DNA of 64,000 nt from a virus, in the IMG/VR virus record IMGVR_UViG_3300022074_000015, positions 22,371 to 86,370 of that record. One strand, 5' to 3'. The notes below the pieces were generated by a model. The model worked only from the letters and a program-made list of their open reading frames with translations. It was not told where the DNA came from and did no database searches. The translations under genes and the position numbers were made by a program. Each line of letters starts with the position of its first letter. The first letter of the stretch is position 1. This document shows, piece by piece, positions 20,781 to 30,528 of this stretch.

Positions 20781-22376
20781 ATGTCATCTACTTTAAGAGT
20801 AAATACAATCACTAATAGCACCGGTGACGGAGCTGTTGATTTTCCTAGGGGAATAACTGGTGATGGATCTAATTTGAACTTTGATCCAAAGATTATCGGT
20901 CATACCCCTACTTTCTTTGGCACTGATGTACCAATTGAAACAAATATCACAATTACTTTCAATCAGAATGTTAAATTTTGGGGATCTGGGACTATTGAAA
21001 TAAGAGAGGGATCATCTTCAGGAACTGTTGCTTTCTCTTTTTCTATTACTAATAATACTGGCGGATCTGGACTGCAGATTGTAAATGAAAAATTAATAAT
21101 CACACCATCATCAAACTTATCGTATAATAAAACATATTTCGTAGTAATCCCATCAAACGGTATTGCTGGTCAAACTAGTGAAATCTATTTTGCTGGAGAT
21201 AATACATATTCGTTCCAGACTTTAACAGCTGCATTTTTAATGTCTGGTGGATCACAGGAATTTATTGTATATAATTCTTCATCGCCTACAAATTATTACA
21301 AATATCATATATTTACAGGAACATCGTCATTTACTTTAGCAAATCCATCGTCTAGTGCTACAGGATTTGCATTGATGATGGTAGCAGGAGGCGGCGGTGG
21401 TGGTGGATATCCTAGTAGCTATCGTGGTGGTGGTGGAGGTGGAGCAGGAGGTCTAATAACAAGAACTGGACCTTCGTTAGGATTATCTGCCGGAACTTAT
21501 AATATGACTATTGGTGCTGGTGGATATGGATATTATACTCCAAATCCAAATCCATCATATAGCAATCAACAATACTCCCAGCAAGGATTTGATACTCACA
21601 TAACACCACCAACGTCACCAACCTCATATAACTTAAGAGCATATGGTGGTGGAGCAGGAGGTACCTATAGTGGATATTATACTAATACCGGTAATCTTGT
21701 TCCTGAGCCTTCTGGTGCTGGAACTGGTGGTCCTGGTGGATCTGGTGGTGGATCATATTCGCACTATAATATTTCTGCTACTCAACCGAACGTTCACCCC
21801 GGTGGTTCTGGTGTCAGTGGACAGGGACATCCTGGAGGTGGTAATACATACTATCAGCCACCTGGAAATGGTTCTGTAGGTGGCGGCGGTGGCGGCGCGG
21901 GAGGTGCCGGAGGAAGAGCAAATTCTAATGGTAGTTCCACTCCAAACTCTAATTATTGGTATGCTGGTCATGGTGGACCTGGACTTTCTGTACCTAGTTT
22001 CCCATTCATTGATGTATTTTCTGGTGGAATAATTCCAGCACCCGATTTCCCTATGGAATCTCAGGAAAGAACTAACGGAACCTTTGCCGGTGGTGGAGGA
22101 GGTGGTGCTGGTCCTAGCAGTGGAAGTAGTGGAACCTATCGTGGATTGGGCGGCAGTGGCGGTGGCGGAACAGGTGGTGGAACTCAAAATCCTTCAGAAC
22201 CAGATTATCCATCTCCTCCCGGAAATCCTCAAAGCAGTTCTTACGGTGATAATGGTGCCAAATGCAGTGGTGGCGGTGGAGGTGGCGCACGAGAGTCTGC
22301 TACTTCATACTATGCAGGAAATGGTGGTTCGGGTCTTGCTATGATTAGATATGCATACCCAGCAGCATTGCTGTAA
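20781..22376 (+). CDS. Ig-like plus glycine/proline-rich domain protein, paralog 4 of 4
   Basis: ITFNQNVKF, YKYHIFTG, GGSGLAMIRY. Confidence 0.7.
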   Translation: MSSTLRVNTITNSTGDGAVDFPRGITGDGSNLNFDPKIIGHTPTFFGTDVPIETNITITFNQNVKFWGSGTIEIREGSSSGTVAFSFSITNNTGGSGLQIVNEKLIITPSSNLSYNKTYFVVIPSNGIAGQTSEIYFAGDNTYSFQTLTAAFLMSGGSQEFIVYNSSSPTNYYKYHIFTGTSSFTLANPSSSATGFALMMVAGGGGGGGYPSSYRGGGGGGAGGLITRTGPSLGLSAGTYNMTIGAGGYGYYTPNPNPSYSNQQYSQQGFDTHITPPTSPTSYNLRAYGGGAGGTYSGYYTNTGNLVPEPSGAGTGGPGGSGGGSYSHYNISATQPNVHPGGSGVSGQGHPGGGNTYYQPPGNGSVGGGGGGAGGAGGRANSNGSSTPNSNYWYAGHGGPGLSVPSFPFIDVFSGGIIPAPDFPMESQERTNGTFAGGGGGGAGPSSGSSGTYRGLGGSGGGGTGGGTQNPSEPDYPSPPGNPQSSSYGDNGAKCSGGGGGGARESATSYYAGNGGSGLAMIRYAYPAALL

Positions 22377-22407
22377 TAAATAACAAAGAAAGAGGTATTA
22401 AATTAAA

Positions 22408-22830
22408 ATGGCTCATTTTGCTGAATTAGATTCAAATAACGTTGTGACGAGAGTTATTGTCGTCGCAGACGCTGACACTACTGATGAAAACGGTACTGAA
22501 ACTGAAGCAGTTGGTGTCGCTTACCTAAAAGGACTTTTTGGTGAAAATACCAAATGGGCAAAAACATCATACAATGCTAACATCAGACTCAGATATGCTG
22601 GTCCTGGATCCATATTTGATGCTGAAAAGGATTGTTTTCTTGCTCCAAAACCATTTGATTCTTGGACTTTGAATAGTGCCACGCCTTACGAATGGGAAGC
22701 ACCTGTAACGATGCCAACTACGACTGGGGAAATGGATGAGCATGGTATAGTTTGGGAGTGGAATGAATCTTCTTATAAGGCAGATTCTACTAAAGGATGG
22801 GTGTTAAGTAGTCCAATTCCAACAGAATAA
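22408..22830 (+). CDS. Conserved phage protein (MAHFAEL family), possible fibre/adhesin assembly factor
   Basis: MAHFAELDSNNVVTRVIVV...WAKTSYN..R.RYAG...F.APKPF.SW; SD GAGG; follows the Gly-rich genes. Confidence 0.6.
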   Translation: MAHFAELDSNNVVTRVIVVADADTTDENGTETEAVGVAYLKGLFGENTKWAKTSYNANIRLRYAGPGSIFDAEKDCFLAPKPFDSWTLNSATPYEWEAPVTMPTTTGEMDEHGIVWEWNESSYKADSTKGWVLSSPIPTE

Positions 22831-22833
22831 TAT

Positions 22834-22862
22834 TTGACATTACATCATAATTGAACTATAAT
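22834..22862 (+). promoter_or_regulatory. Consensus sigma70-type (early) promoter
   Basis: TTGACA (22834-22839), 17 bp spacer, TATAAT (22857-22862). Confidence 0.9.
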
Positions 22863-22889
22863 TTAAATTGAACAATAGGAGTGTGAAAA

Positions 22890-23510
22890 TTGGCATTTCA
22901 AAGTGTTTGGTACTTCAGTGATATTCCTGAAGACGTTGTCACTATTTTAGAAAAAGATCTTGTAGATAAGTTTGACCATGAAATGGGTGATTCTCGTCTT
23001 ATGGGTGATGCTCTGAATAAAGATAAGCGCAACTCAAAAAATGCATGGGTTCCATCCTCTCATTGGTTGGGAGGATTCATGTGGCATTATATTGAACGTG
23101 CAAATCGTGAAAACTTTTTGTATAATCTTCATTGTATTGATGGAGAATCCATGCAGTACACACAGTATGGACCCGGACAATTTTATGGTTGGCACAATGA
23201 CTCAGGTCTTGCCTGTCATTACAAACCAGCAAGTGTTGGCAACAGAATGGAAGGTAGAGCACAAGACTTTGTTAACGAGAATACCGAACTAGTTCGTAAA
23301 CTTTCATTTGTTCTTCAACTTTCTGATCCTGATGATTATGAAGGTGGAAATCTTCAATTACTTGATGAGGCAGGTAAGTCATACTTTGCCCCCAGAAAAC
23401 GTGGTTGTGTAATTCTTTTTGATTCTCGTACTCAACATCGTGTTCTTCCTGTTAAGTCTGGTCTCCGTAAGTCTATCGTTGGGTGGACTGTTGGTCCTCG
23501 TTGGAAGTGA
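22890..23510 (+). CDS. 2OG-Fe(II) oxygenase (prolyl-4-hydroxylase/PKHD-like)
   Basis: YGWHND (HxD), RKLSFVLQLSDPDDYEGG, HRVLPVKSGLRKSIVGW; TTG start with AGGAG SD. Confidence 0.85.
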   Translation: MAFQSVWYFSDIPEDVVTILEKDLVDKFDHEMGDSRLMGDALNKDKRNSKNAWVPSSHWLGGFMWHYIERANRENFLYNLHCIDGESMQYTQYGPGQFYGWHNDSGLACHYKPASVGNRMEGRAQDFVNENTELVRKLSFVLQLSDPDDYEGGNLQLLDEAGKSYFAPRKRGCVILFDSRTQHRVLPVKSGLRKSIVGWTVGPRWK

Positions 23511-23518
23511 GGTAAATC

Positions 23519-24244
23519 ATGGCAGAAGGAATGAATCATGAGCAAATTCAGCATCAAGAAAGAATTAATAGTGGAACCTCCTGGACAAATAATGAACAAT
23601 TTGACAAGGATGGATATATTGTTGTAAAAGATTTGTGGGATCCTAAAGAATTATTTGTTCCTGTTCCAGAAATTAGAGGACAAATAAATTATTGGGGTAA
23701 AAGAGAAGATCAATACAATCATACACCTCTAGAAGGACAAGTAGAAGGTTCTTTGGCTTGTTATACACGCCCACAATATAAAAGTATTCACTCGGGTATA
23801 AGACTTAAGTTAGAGAAGATCATTGGCAGGAAGTTATCTAATACTTACTACTATGATCGTTTTTATTTTGCTGGTCAAGGATTGGCACTTCATGCCGACA
23901 GACCTGCTTGTGAAATATCTGTTAGTGTTCACATCAGCACTAATTTTGAGGAGTGTTGGCCACTTTGGATTAAAACTCCAGATACTTATACCGATAAGCA
24001 CAAAAATATAGTTAAAGAATCTGGTGAATCGCGTTCTGTATGTTTAAACGCTGGTGATGGTATGATCTATAAAGGTTGTGAACGACCACATTGGAGAGAT
24101 CCACTTCCATCTAGGCATACTGGAAATTATTTCATCCGAAAACTTGGACAAAAAGACGATACTTTTTATCATCAAGTATTCTTTCATTATGTTCTTACTG
24201 ATGGAGAACGTGCTCAATGTGCTAATGATATGGCGAGGGAATGA
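23519..24244 (+). CDS. 2OG-Fe(II) oxygenase-like protein
   Basis: LHADRPACEISVS (HxD), GDGMIYKGCERPHWR, QVFFHYV. Confidence 0.7.
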   Translation: MAEGMNHEQIQHQERINSGTSWTNNEQFDKDGYIVVKDLWDPKELFVPVPEIRGQINYWGKREDQYNHTPLEGQVEGSLACYTRPQYKSIHSGIRLKLEKIIGRKLSNTYYYDRFYFAGQGLALHADRPACEISVSVHISTNFEECWPLWIKTPDTYTDKHKNIVKESGESRSVCLNAGDGMIYKGCERPHWRDPLPSRHTGNYFIRKLGQKDDTFYHQVFFHYVLTDGERAQCANDMARE

Positions 24245-24876
24245 TGAAAACATTAGAACAAATTTTTGATAATGTGGAGTTGATTGGACAAACTCCAAAT
24301 ATGATCATGAAGGTTCAATTGCCAGACTTCATCTTTGATGAAGTTAAATCTTGGATTGAACCATGTAGGTCAATTAAAGACAATGAATATGCTGAGTTAC
24401 TTAATCATCGTAACGTAGGTACCGGTCACAATTCATATCAAACTGGAATTGCCAAGAAGTATATCGACAACACTTATTTTCTTGGTTATGTTATTAACAT
24501 TGCTGAACTGTATTTGAAAACGATCAACCATCAAGGTGTAAATCCGGATGGTAGTTTCTATCGAAAAGTAGTAATGCGTGATAGTTCAGGTCATTATGAT
24601 GGTTATGATATTTGGATGAATTTCACTTATAAAGGGGATGATAATCCAATACACAATCATGCTGGTAGTCTTTCATCTATCATTTACGTTAAAGATGAAG
24701 ATAGTCAACCAACAATTTTTCCATCACTGAATTATATTCATCAACCAAAAGAGGGAGAAATGTTGTTGTTCCCGAATCATCTTGAACACATGGTTGAAGA
24801 AAAACAAACAGAATCTGAAAGGATTTCTATTTCATATAATTTAAATATACTTCAATCACAGGAACAAAGGTATTGA
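24241..24876 (+). CDS. 2OG-Fe(II) oxygenase-like protein (HxH type)
   Basis: NPIHNHAGSLSSIIYV...PKEGEMLLFPNHLEHMV...RISISYN. Confidence 0.8.
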   Translation: MMKTLEQIFDNVELIGQTPNMIMKVQLPDFIFDEVKSWIEPCRSIKDNEYAELLNHRNVGTGHNSYQTGIAKKYIDNTYFLGYVINIAELYLKTINHQGVNPDGSFYRKVVMRDSSGHYDGYDIWMNFTYKGDDNPIHNHAGSLSSIIYVKDEDSQPTIFPSLNYIHQPKEGEMLLFPNHLEHMVEEKQTESERISISYNLNILQSQEQRY

Positions 24877-24880
24877 TATT

Positions 24881-24908
24881 ACCGAGCAGTAAAATGCTCG
24901 GTTTTTTT
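24881..24908 (+). terminator. Rho-independent terminator
   Basis: ACCGAGCA-gtaaaa-TGCTCGGT hairpin followed by a T-run. Confidence 0.85.
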
Positions 24909-24915
24909 ATAAATA
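24908..24915 (+). promoter_or_regulatory. T4-type late promoter (gp55-dependent)
   Basis: Exact TATAAATA 17 nt before the ATG at 24933. Confidence 0.75.
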
Positions 24916-24932
24916 TCTAAAAAGCACATATA

Positions 24933-25481
24933 ATGTCCCAGACAAGAGCACAATTATTATCTCCTGTTGGTATTTTTACTGGTACAGGTATCAGTATAAA
25001 TGGCATTATTACTGCTACTAGCTTCGTAGGAGATGGTTCTGGTCTTATAAATGTCGCTGGTGGTGGAGGCGGAGCAGGATCTCTTATTGTAAAAGATAGT
25101 GGAACCTTAGTCGGAACTATCGGAACGATAGATTTTGGTGCTGGTATGAATGTTACTGATGCTATTGCTGGCATCGTAACCGTAACTGCTGCAGATTCAA
25201 ATACCACTTATACTCAAGATTCAGTTGCCTCTGGTGATAATGTAAATCTAAGATTGAGTGGTAACGATTCATCTACGGATGATATTTTAGTAACAGCAGG
25301 TAATAATATAACTATTACATCTGTAACCTCTAATGGTTTTACCATCAACAGCACATCTGTGGAAGCAACTAAAGTTTTAACAATTGGTGTTAGGACAGGT
25401 GCTGCTGTTTCATTTGCACTACCTTCCAGCACATTTAATGTTATTGGAAGAAGTGGGAATAACATTCCTATCACAGTATAA
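24933..25481 (+). CDS. Small tail-fibre protein
   Basis: GIITATSFVGDGSGL motif; C-terminal LTIGVRTGA shared with 11957. Confidence 0.65.
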   Translation: MSQTRAQLLSPVGIFTGTGISINGIITATSFVGDGSGLINVAGGGGGAGSLIVKDSGTLVGTIGTIDFGAGMNVTDAIAGIVTVTAADSNTTYTQDSVASGDNVNLRLSGNDSSTDDILVTAGNNITITSVTSNGFTINSTSVEATKVLTIGVRTGAAVSFALPSSTFNVIGRSGNNIPITV

Positions 25482-25510
25482 TACTAAATAGATAAAAATA
25501 GTTCTTTAAA

Positions 25511-26578
25511 ATGGCTGATAGGTTTCCACTAATTGCCAATACTAGTGCTAACCAGATACAAGAGATTGGGTCTGGAGATAACTTAGACTTAACGGGAAAT
25601 AATATAACAGGTGTTTCAAACGTTGATGCTACCAACATCAGCCTTACTGAAAACATTAATGTTACTGGAGTATCAACTTTTGCTGGGCAAACTTTTATTC
25701 CTAATGTTACTGGAGTATCTACGTTTGCTTCTGATGTAGATTTAAGTGCTGATCTTGCTGTTGGTGGAGCAACTAATCTTACTCATCTTTCGGTGAGTGG
25801 TATTTCAACATTAGCATCACTTACATTTGCTTCTGTCGGTAATGATACTGAACTTACTGAAGATGGTGGATCTATTGTTATAAATTCTGCCGAACTTCAT
25901 CACAGTGGATCAAAAAAACTTGAGACTACTAACTCTGGAGTTATCGTAACTGGTGGTGTAACGGCAAGTTTATTTACTGGTAATGGTTCTGGATTGACAG
26001 ATGTTGTTGGTCAAGGATCTGGTGTTCAGGTTAAAGATAATGGTAGCACTGTAGGTGTTGCCGCAACAATTAATTTCGGTGGTAATTTATATGTTAGTGG
26101 TTTATCTAATGGTTCTGTAACAGTATCATCTGGTGGTATTGATTCTGGATATTTTGAACTCAATAGTGTAGGTATTCACACTCTATCTCGTGTTGGTGTC
26201 GGAACTGATAATCCAACTGTTCCTTTAGAAGTTCTTGGAAATATTAAATCAAGTGCTACAATAGCAGCACAAGATTTTAACACGACGTCAGATTTAAATC
26301 TGAAAGAAAACGTAGAAGATATTGTTGGAGCACTTGATAAATTAAGTAGGATTAGGGGTGTAAGTTTTGATTGGGTTGGACGTGAAGAATCGTCTTTGGG
26401 AGTGATCGCACAGGAAGTTGAATCTGAATTCCCAGAAATAGTTTCAAGCACGGAACCAAAACAAGTAAATTATAATGGATTAATTGGTGTTTTAGTTGAG
26501 GCAGTCAAGGAGTTGAAGTTGGAAAATGAATTATTGAGAGCACAAATTCACGATATTATGAACACAATAAATAGCTAA
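25511..26578 (+). CDS. Tail fibre protein with C-terminal S74 chaperone domain
   Basis: TSDLNLKENV...GVIAQEVE...VNYNGLIGVLVEAVKEL; N-terminus shared with 13949. Confidence 0.8.
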   Translation: MADRFPLIANTSANQIQEIGSGDNLDLTGNNITGVSNVDATNISLTENINVTGVSTFAGQTFIPNVTGVSTFASDVDLSADLAVGGATNLTHLSVSGISTLASLTFASVGNDTELTEDGGSIVINSAELHHSGSKKLETTNSGVIVTGGVTASLFTGNGSGLTDVVGQGSGVQVKDNGSTVGVAATINFGGNLYVSGLSNGSVTVSSGGIDSGYFELNSVGIHTLSRVGVGTDNPTVPLEVLGNIKSSATIAAQDFNTTSDLNLKENVEDIVGALDKLSRIRGVSFDWVGREESSLGVIAQEVESEFPEIVSSTEPKQVNYNGLIGVLVEAVKELKLENELLRAQIHDIMNTINS

Positions 26579-26586
26579 AAATTCCA

Positions 26587-27978
26587 ATGTATATCGGAAG
26601 ACCCCAAAAGACTGGACCCTATATTACACTGGATGATATTTCAAGCCAGTTCAATGGTGTAGATGTAACATTTAATCTTACCACTGGCGGTAGTCCTTTC
26701 TTTGCTGATAATCCATATACAGTATTCTTATCACTAAATGGTGTCATTCAAGAACCAGTTAGTGCTTTTACAATTGTTGGTGATCAGGTTACATTTGCTA
26801 ATCCACCATTATCGAATGCTAATTTCTTTGCCACTGTTCTTGGATCAACATTTAATAGAGAAATAAGAAACGCAACAAGTCTTGCTACTGGTGTTAACGT
26901 AACTGCTGGTGATATTTCTTGTAATGCTCTTTCGTCTTCCGGAACTGTATCTGCTACTTCTTTCGTAGGTGATGGATCTCAACTTAGTGGTATTGATGCC
27001 ACTTCACTTATAGATCAAAACGGCACAGTAAGAGCACAAGCAAATTCTGCTGGTCTTGTCGTTACTGGTATTCTTACTGCCACTCAGTTTGATGGTGTAG
27101 ATGTTACTGCTCTACGTGATAGTGCCGGTGGTAATATTATAGTTCAGGCAAATCCTGGCGGTGTTGTTATTAATGGTATTGCTACAGCAACTACCTTTGT
27201 TGGTAACCTGACAGGTAGTGTAACAGGTAACACCTCTGGAACTGCTGGTGGACTTACGGGTACTCCAAACATCACCGTTGGTTCTGTAACAGCTGCTTCT
27301 GGATCCTTTAGTGGTGATGTCAATATTGGCGGGGTCCTCACTTACGAAGATGTCACTAATATTGATTCTGTTGGACTTATTACCGCCAGAAGTGGTATTC
27401 ATGTTGGAACTGGTGTTACATATACCGAAGACCTTGTTGTTGATGGTGATGCCAGAATCACTGGGATTTTAACAATTGGCACTGGTACGGTTACCATTGA
27501 TGGTAATAATAACTCTGTTAATATTGGTGCTGGCGTAACATTACATACTATTACGTCATCAGTTAATCAATTAGAAGTTACTGGTGTTTCTACCTTTGTA
27601 GGAGTTACTACTTTTGTAAATAGTATATACATTGGTGATACATTAAATGTACCAAATGTTATCATATCCGGTAATACTTTTGGTGAAGATGTAGATACCA
27701 GAAACATAAATGCTTCTGGTATTATTACTGCCACAAATGGATTTAATCTTGGAATTAGTTCTACTGGAACTAGTATAACTAATAGTGGTGCAGTAACTAC
27801 ATTAAACTTTGTCGGTGCTGGTAACAGTATTTCATATGATTCCGGAACAAAAACAGTTGATATTAGTATTTCAAGTGGTTCTGATTCTGGTATTGTAATT
27901 GTTGACGGTGGAGATTTTAATTCATCCAGTTCTATTGCTGGTGCTGGTTCAGAAATAAACGGAGGAGAATTTACCTAA
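26587..27978 (+). CDS. Tail fibre protein
   Basis: LDDISSQFNG, LNGVIQEP, LTYEDVTNIDSVG and LNFVGAGN motifs. Confidence 0.7.
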   Translation: MYIGRPQKTGPYITLDDISSQFNGVDVTFNLTTGGSPFFADNPYTVFLSLNGVIQEPVSAFTIVGDQVTFANPPLSNANFFATVLGSTFNREIRNATSLATGVNVTAGDISCNALSSSGTVSATSFVGDGSQLSGIDATSLIDQNGTVRAQANSAGLVVTGILTATQFDGVDVTALRDSAGGNIIVQANPGGVVINGIATATTFVGNLTGSVTGNTSGTAGGLTGTPNITVGSVTAASGSFSGDVNIGGVLTYEDVTNIDSVGLITARSGIHVGTGVTYTEDLVVDGDARITGILTIGTGTVTIDGNNNSVNIGAGVTLHTITSSVNQLEVTGVSTFVGVTTFVNSIYIGDTLNVPNVIISGNTFGEDVDTRNINASGIITATNGFNLGISSTGTSITNSGAVTTLNFVGAGNSISYDSGTKTVDISISSGSDSGIVIVDGGDFNSSSSIAGAGSEINGGEFT

Positions 27979-30527
27979 TGGGCGTTCCATCTACTCGTAC
28001 ACCTGTAAGAATTGCTAGGGGTACATACGCAAACTTAAACACAGTTGATGCACTTGCTGCTCTGCAAGAAGGCGAGATATGCTTTGCAACTGACCAGGAT
28101 CGACTTTATGTCAAAGAGGGATCTGGACTTACTAGCATCTCTGCATCTTCTACAGCTTCACCAACACCTTCTAACATCACTGCATCCCCTGCTTTTGTTA
28201 GTGGTACTGGTACTCAAGCTGATCCATTTGTGGTTACTAGCACTGCTGTCCCTTTTAGTGGTGGTACTACTGAAAGTGCTCAAGAAATTACACTGACTGG
28301 CACTGCTGGTGACTTTGTTATCTTTACTGACAACAGTGTTTCTGCATCTGGCAATCGTTTTTCTGGACAGGTTGTCGGTAACGTAGATAGCGGTGGTACT
28401 TTTAAGTTCAAACTTAAGTACGAAGATACACCAGGCACTACTGTTAATAATACTACTTACAACGGGTTAGTACAAATTGGTACTGCTCACTTCTCATTTA
28501 CTGTTGTTCAGTCAAATCTGACCGCACTATCTCAATCATCTGCTTCTTCTATTGCTGGAACTGGTGGTGTTGGCAACGTTTTGACTTGCACTCCAGGCAC
28601 TGCAACTGGTGGCACTGGTACAATTACTTATGCTACTAGATGGCAAAGATCTTTTACTGGTATTGATGGATTCTTTGATATTAACGGTGCTACTGGTAAC
28701 ACATATACTCAAACAAACAGTGACGCAGGTTATTACGTCCGTGCTGTTACAACTGCAACAGATGCGTCGCCTTCTGGTCAAGGTGGTCCTTTGACTTTAG
28801 AGCTTCCTAGTGGTGTGTCTGCTCAGGTCCCTACTGGCGCTGCTCCTGTTATTAATAACCTTGTTCTCTCTGAAGATGATACAACTGGTGCCCGTTTTAC
28901 CAGTAAAGTCTTTTCGGCTGACTTTACTATGGGTAACGACGGCACACCTACAAGCCAAAAGTCTGTTAAAGGGACAGTTACTGCTAACTTTGAAAACTTC
29001 CCATCAACTGACTCCGTAAGTAGTACATCTAATAATATACAATATGACCTTTTAGCAAGTAGCAGACAGTACGGAGGTGCTCATACACTATCGTCAACAT
29101 GGTATTCACCACTAGGTATTCTATTACAAGACCTTGGCACATCCCTGAAGGTTGCTTTTTTCCATGCTACCGGTAGTGGTTCTAGTAATAATATTTTTGA
29201 AAAGGAGGTGAATCTTCTAAACGCTAATCTTACACAAGTTGACCAAGTTAATTGGTCTTATTCTGGTGAAGCACGATGGCCTGGAACTTTTACTGCAGGC
29301 GTAGACCCTGATGGCCGTCAATATATTAATTGGCCTCATCATAACAACAACAATTACGGCACAACATTCTATTGGGGTGATTCAAATAACCCTAGATACA
29401 ACCAAAGAGCCTTTGAGTTTACTACTTCAAATGGCACCCATTTTTATATGCCTACAGGTGGTAATTCAAATCGTTTGTACCGTCGTAAGTCAAGCGAGTC
29501 TTCGTATTCTTACAAATATACGTTTACAAGTTCTGGTGACAAATATTACACCGTTGCCTGTGAGTTTAATGGAGATTTGTTCCTAATTTGGTATGATAGT
29601 AGTTACAACTACGTTCGTTGGGACACAATATCTACAACCAGTTCAAGCTTTTCTGGGCAAATTAATGGGAGTAATTATTCGCCAGGTAGCCTCTTTTCAA
29701 CGCCACAGCACGTATTTGTACATAAAAACACCCTTTTTATAGCAGCGGATAGTCAGCTCTTTAAACTCAACAACAATACATGGACTCAACTTACAAGCTC
29801 TAACTTCTCTGGAAACAGTGTTTATGGTACATTTAGCGATGATACTTATATTTACGCCCAATCTAAATCTGGTAATTCTACACAATGGTGGAGAAGTAAC
29901 AATTTAGGAGTTACTTGGGTAGCAGATTTTTCCGGTAATTATTACGGTCCTAGTGCGTACTCTAAACAGGGCGGCCAGGAAGGATTAGGTGGTGTTCGTC
30001 TAAGAGCTTTTGGATGGGATTTTTACCAGAGTCACTATAATTCTAATTGGGGTTATGCGTTCCATTATAGACAATTTAACCAAGTTGTTGTCACATTTGC
30101 CAGCAATAGCCAGTTATCGAGTATAAATATTGGTGACTTCATGCGTGTAAGTGGTGAAACTGATCGTAGAGAATACGCTTATGTTGCTGGTGTGAATGCT
30201 TCTTCTAACCAGCTAACTTTAAATATGAACACGAATCCAACAGCTGGGCAGACAATGGAAACCCTTGCTTCGACTGGATCTTCTAGTGCTACTAAGTATT
30301 TGGTTATCAACTCTACAGGAAATGTCACAGGATATCAAGGTTCTGATCCAGGTTTTGTTGAAATCAGCCCCGGCACAGCAATTGACCTTACTTTCCCAGC
30401 TACATTCCCATCAGGAAATGCTCCTGACGACGAATTTGCTGCAGGCACTGTAATGCAAGTAACGGGTAAGGCTACTAATGCTTCTGCGTCAGATACCTTC
30501 AATAGCAACCAAGTAACACCTTCCTAA
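27978..30527 (+). CDS. Tail fibre / receptor-binding protein
   Basis: EGEICFATDQDRLYV N-terminus, Ig-like segment (RWQRS...YYVRAVTTATD), aromatic-rich central domain; followed by an assembly chaperone. Confidence 0.65.
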   Translation: MGVPSTRTPVRIARGTYANLNTVDALAALQEGEICFATDQDRLYVKEGSGLTSISASSTASPTPSNITASPAFVSGTGTQADPFVVTSTAVPFSGGTTESAQEITLTGTAGDFVIFTDNSVSASGNRFSGQVVGNVDSGGTFKFKLKYEDTPGTTVNNTTYNGLVQIGTAHFSFTVVQSNLTALSQSSASSIAGTGGVGNVLTCTPGTATGGTGTITYATRWQRSFTGIDGFFDINGATGNTYTQTNSDAGYYVRAVTTATDASPSGQGGPLTLELPSGVSAQVPTGAAPVINNLVLSEDDTTGARFTSKVFSADFTMGNDGTPTSQKSVKGTVTANFENFPSTDSVSSTSNNIQYDLLASSRQYGGAHTLSSTWYSPLGILLQDLGTSLKVAFFHATGSGSSNNIFEKEVNLLNANLTQVDQVNWSYSGEARWPGTFTAGVDPDGRQYINWPHHNNNNYGTTFYWGDSNNPRYNQRAFEFTTSNGTHFYMPTGGNSNRLYRRKSSESSYSYKYTFTSSGDKYYTVACEFNGDLFLIWYDSSYNYVRWDTISTTSSSFSGQINGSNYSPGSLFSTPQHVFVHKNTLFIAADSQLFKLNNNTWTQLTSSNFSGNSVYGTFSDDTYIYAQSKSGNSTQWWRSNNLGVTWVADFSGNYYGPSAYSKQGGQEGLGGVRLRAFGWDFYQSHYNSNWGYAFHYRQFNQVVVTFASNSQLSSINIGDFMRVSGETDRREYAYVAGVNASSNQLTLNMNTNPTAGQTMETLASTGSSSATKYLVINSTGNVTGYQGSDPGFVEISPGTAIDLTFPATFPSGNAPDDEFAAGTVMQVTGKATNASASDTFNSNQVTPS

Positions 30528-30528
30528 T

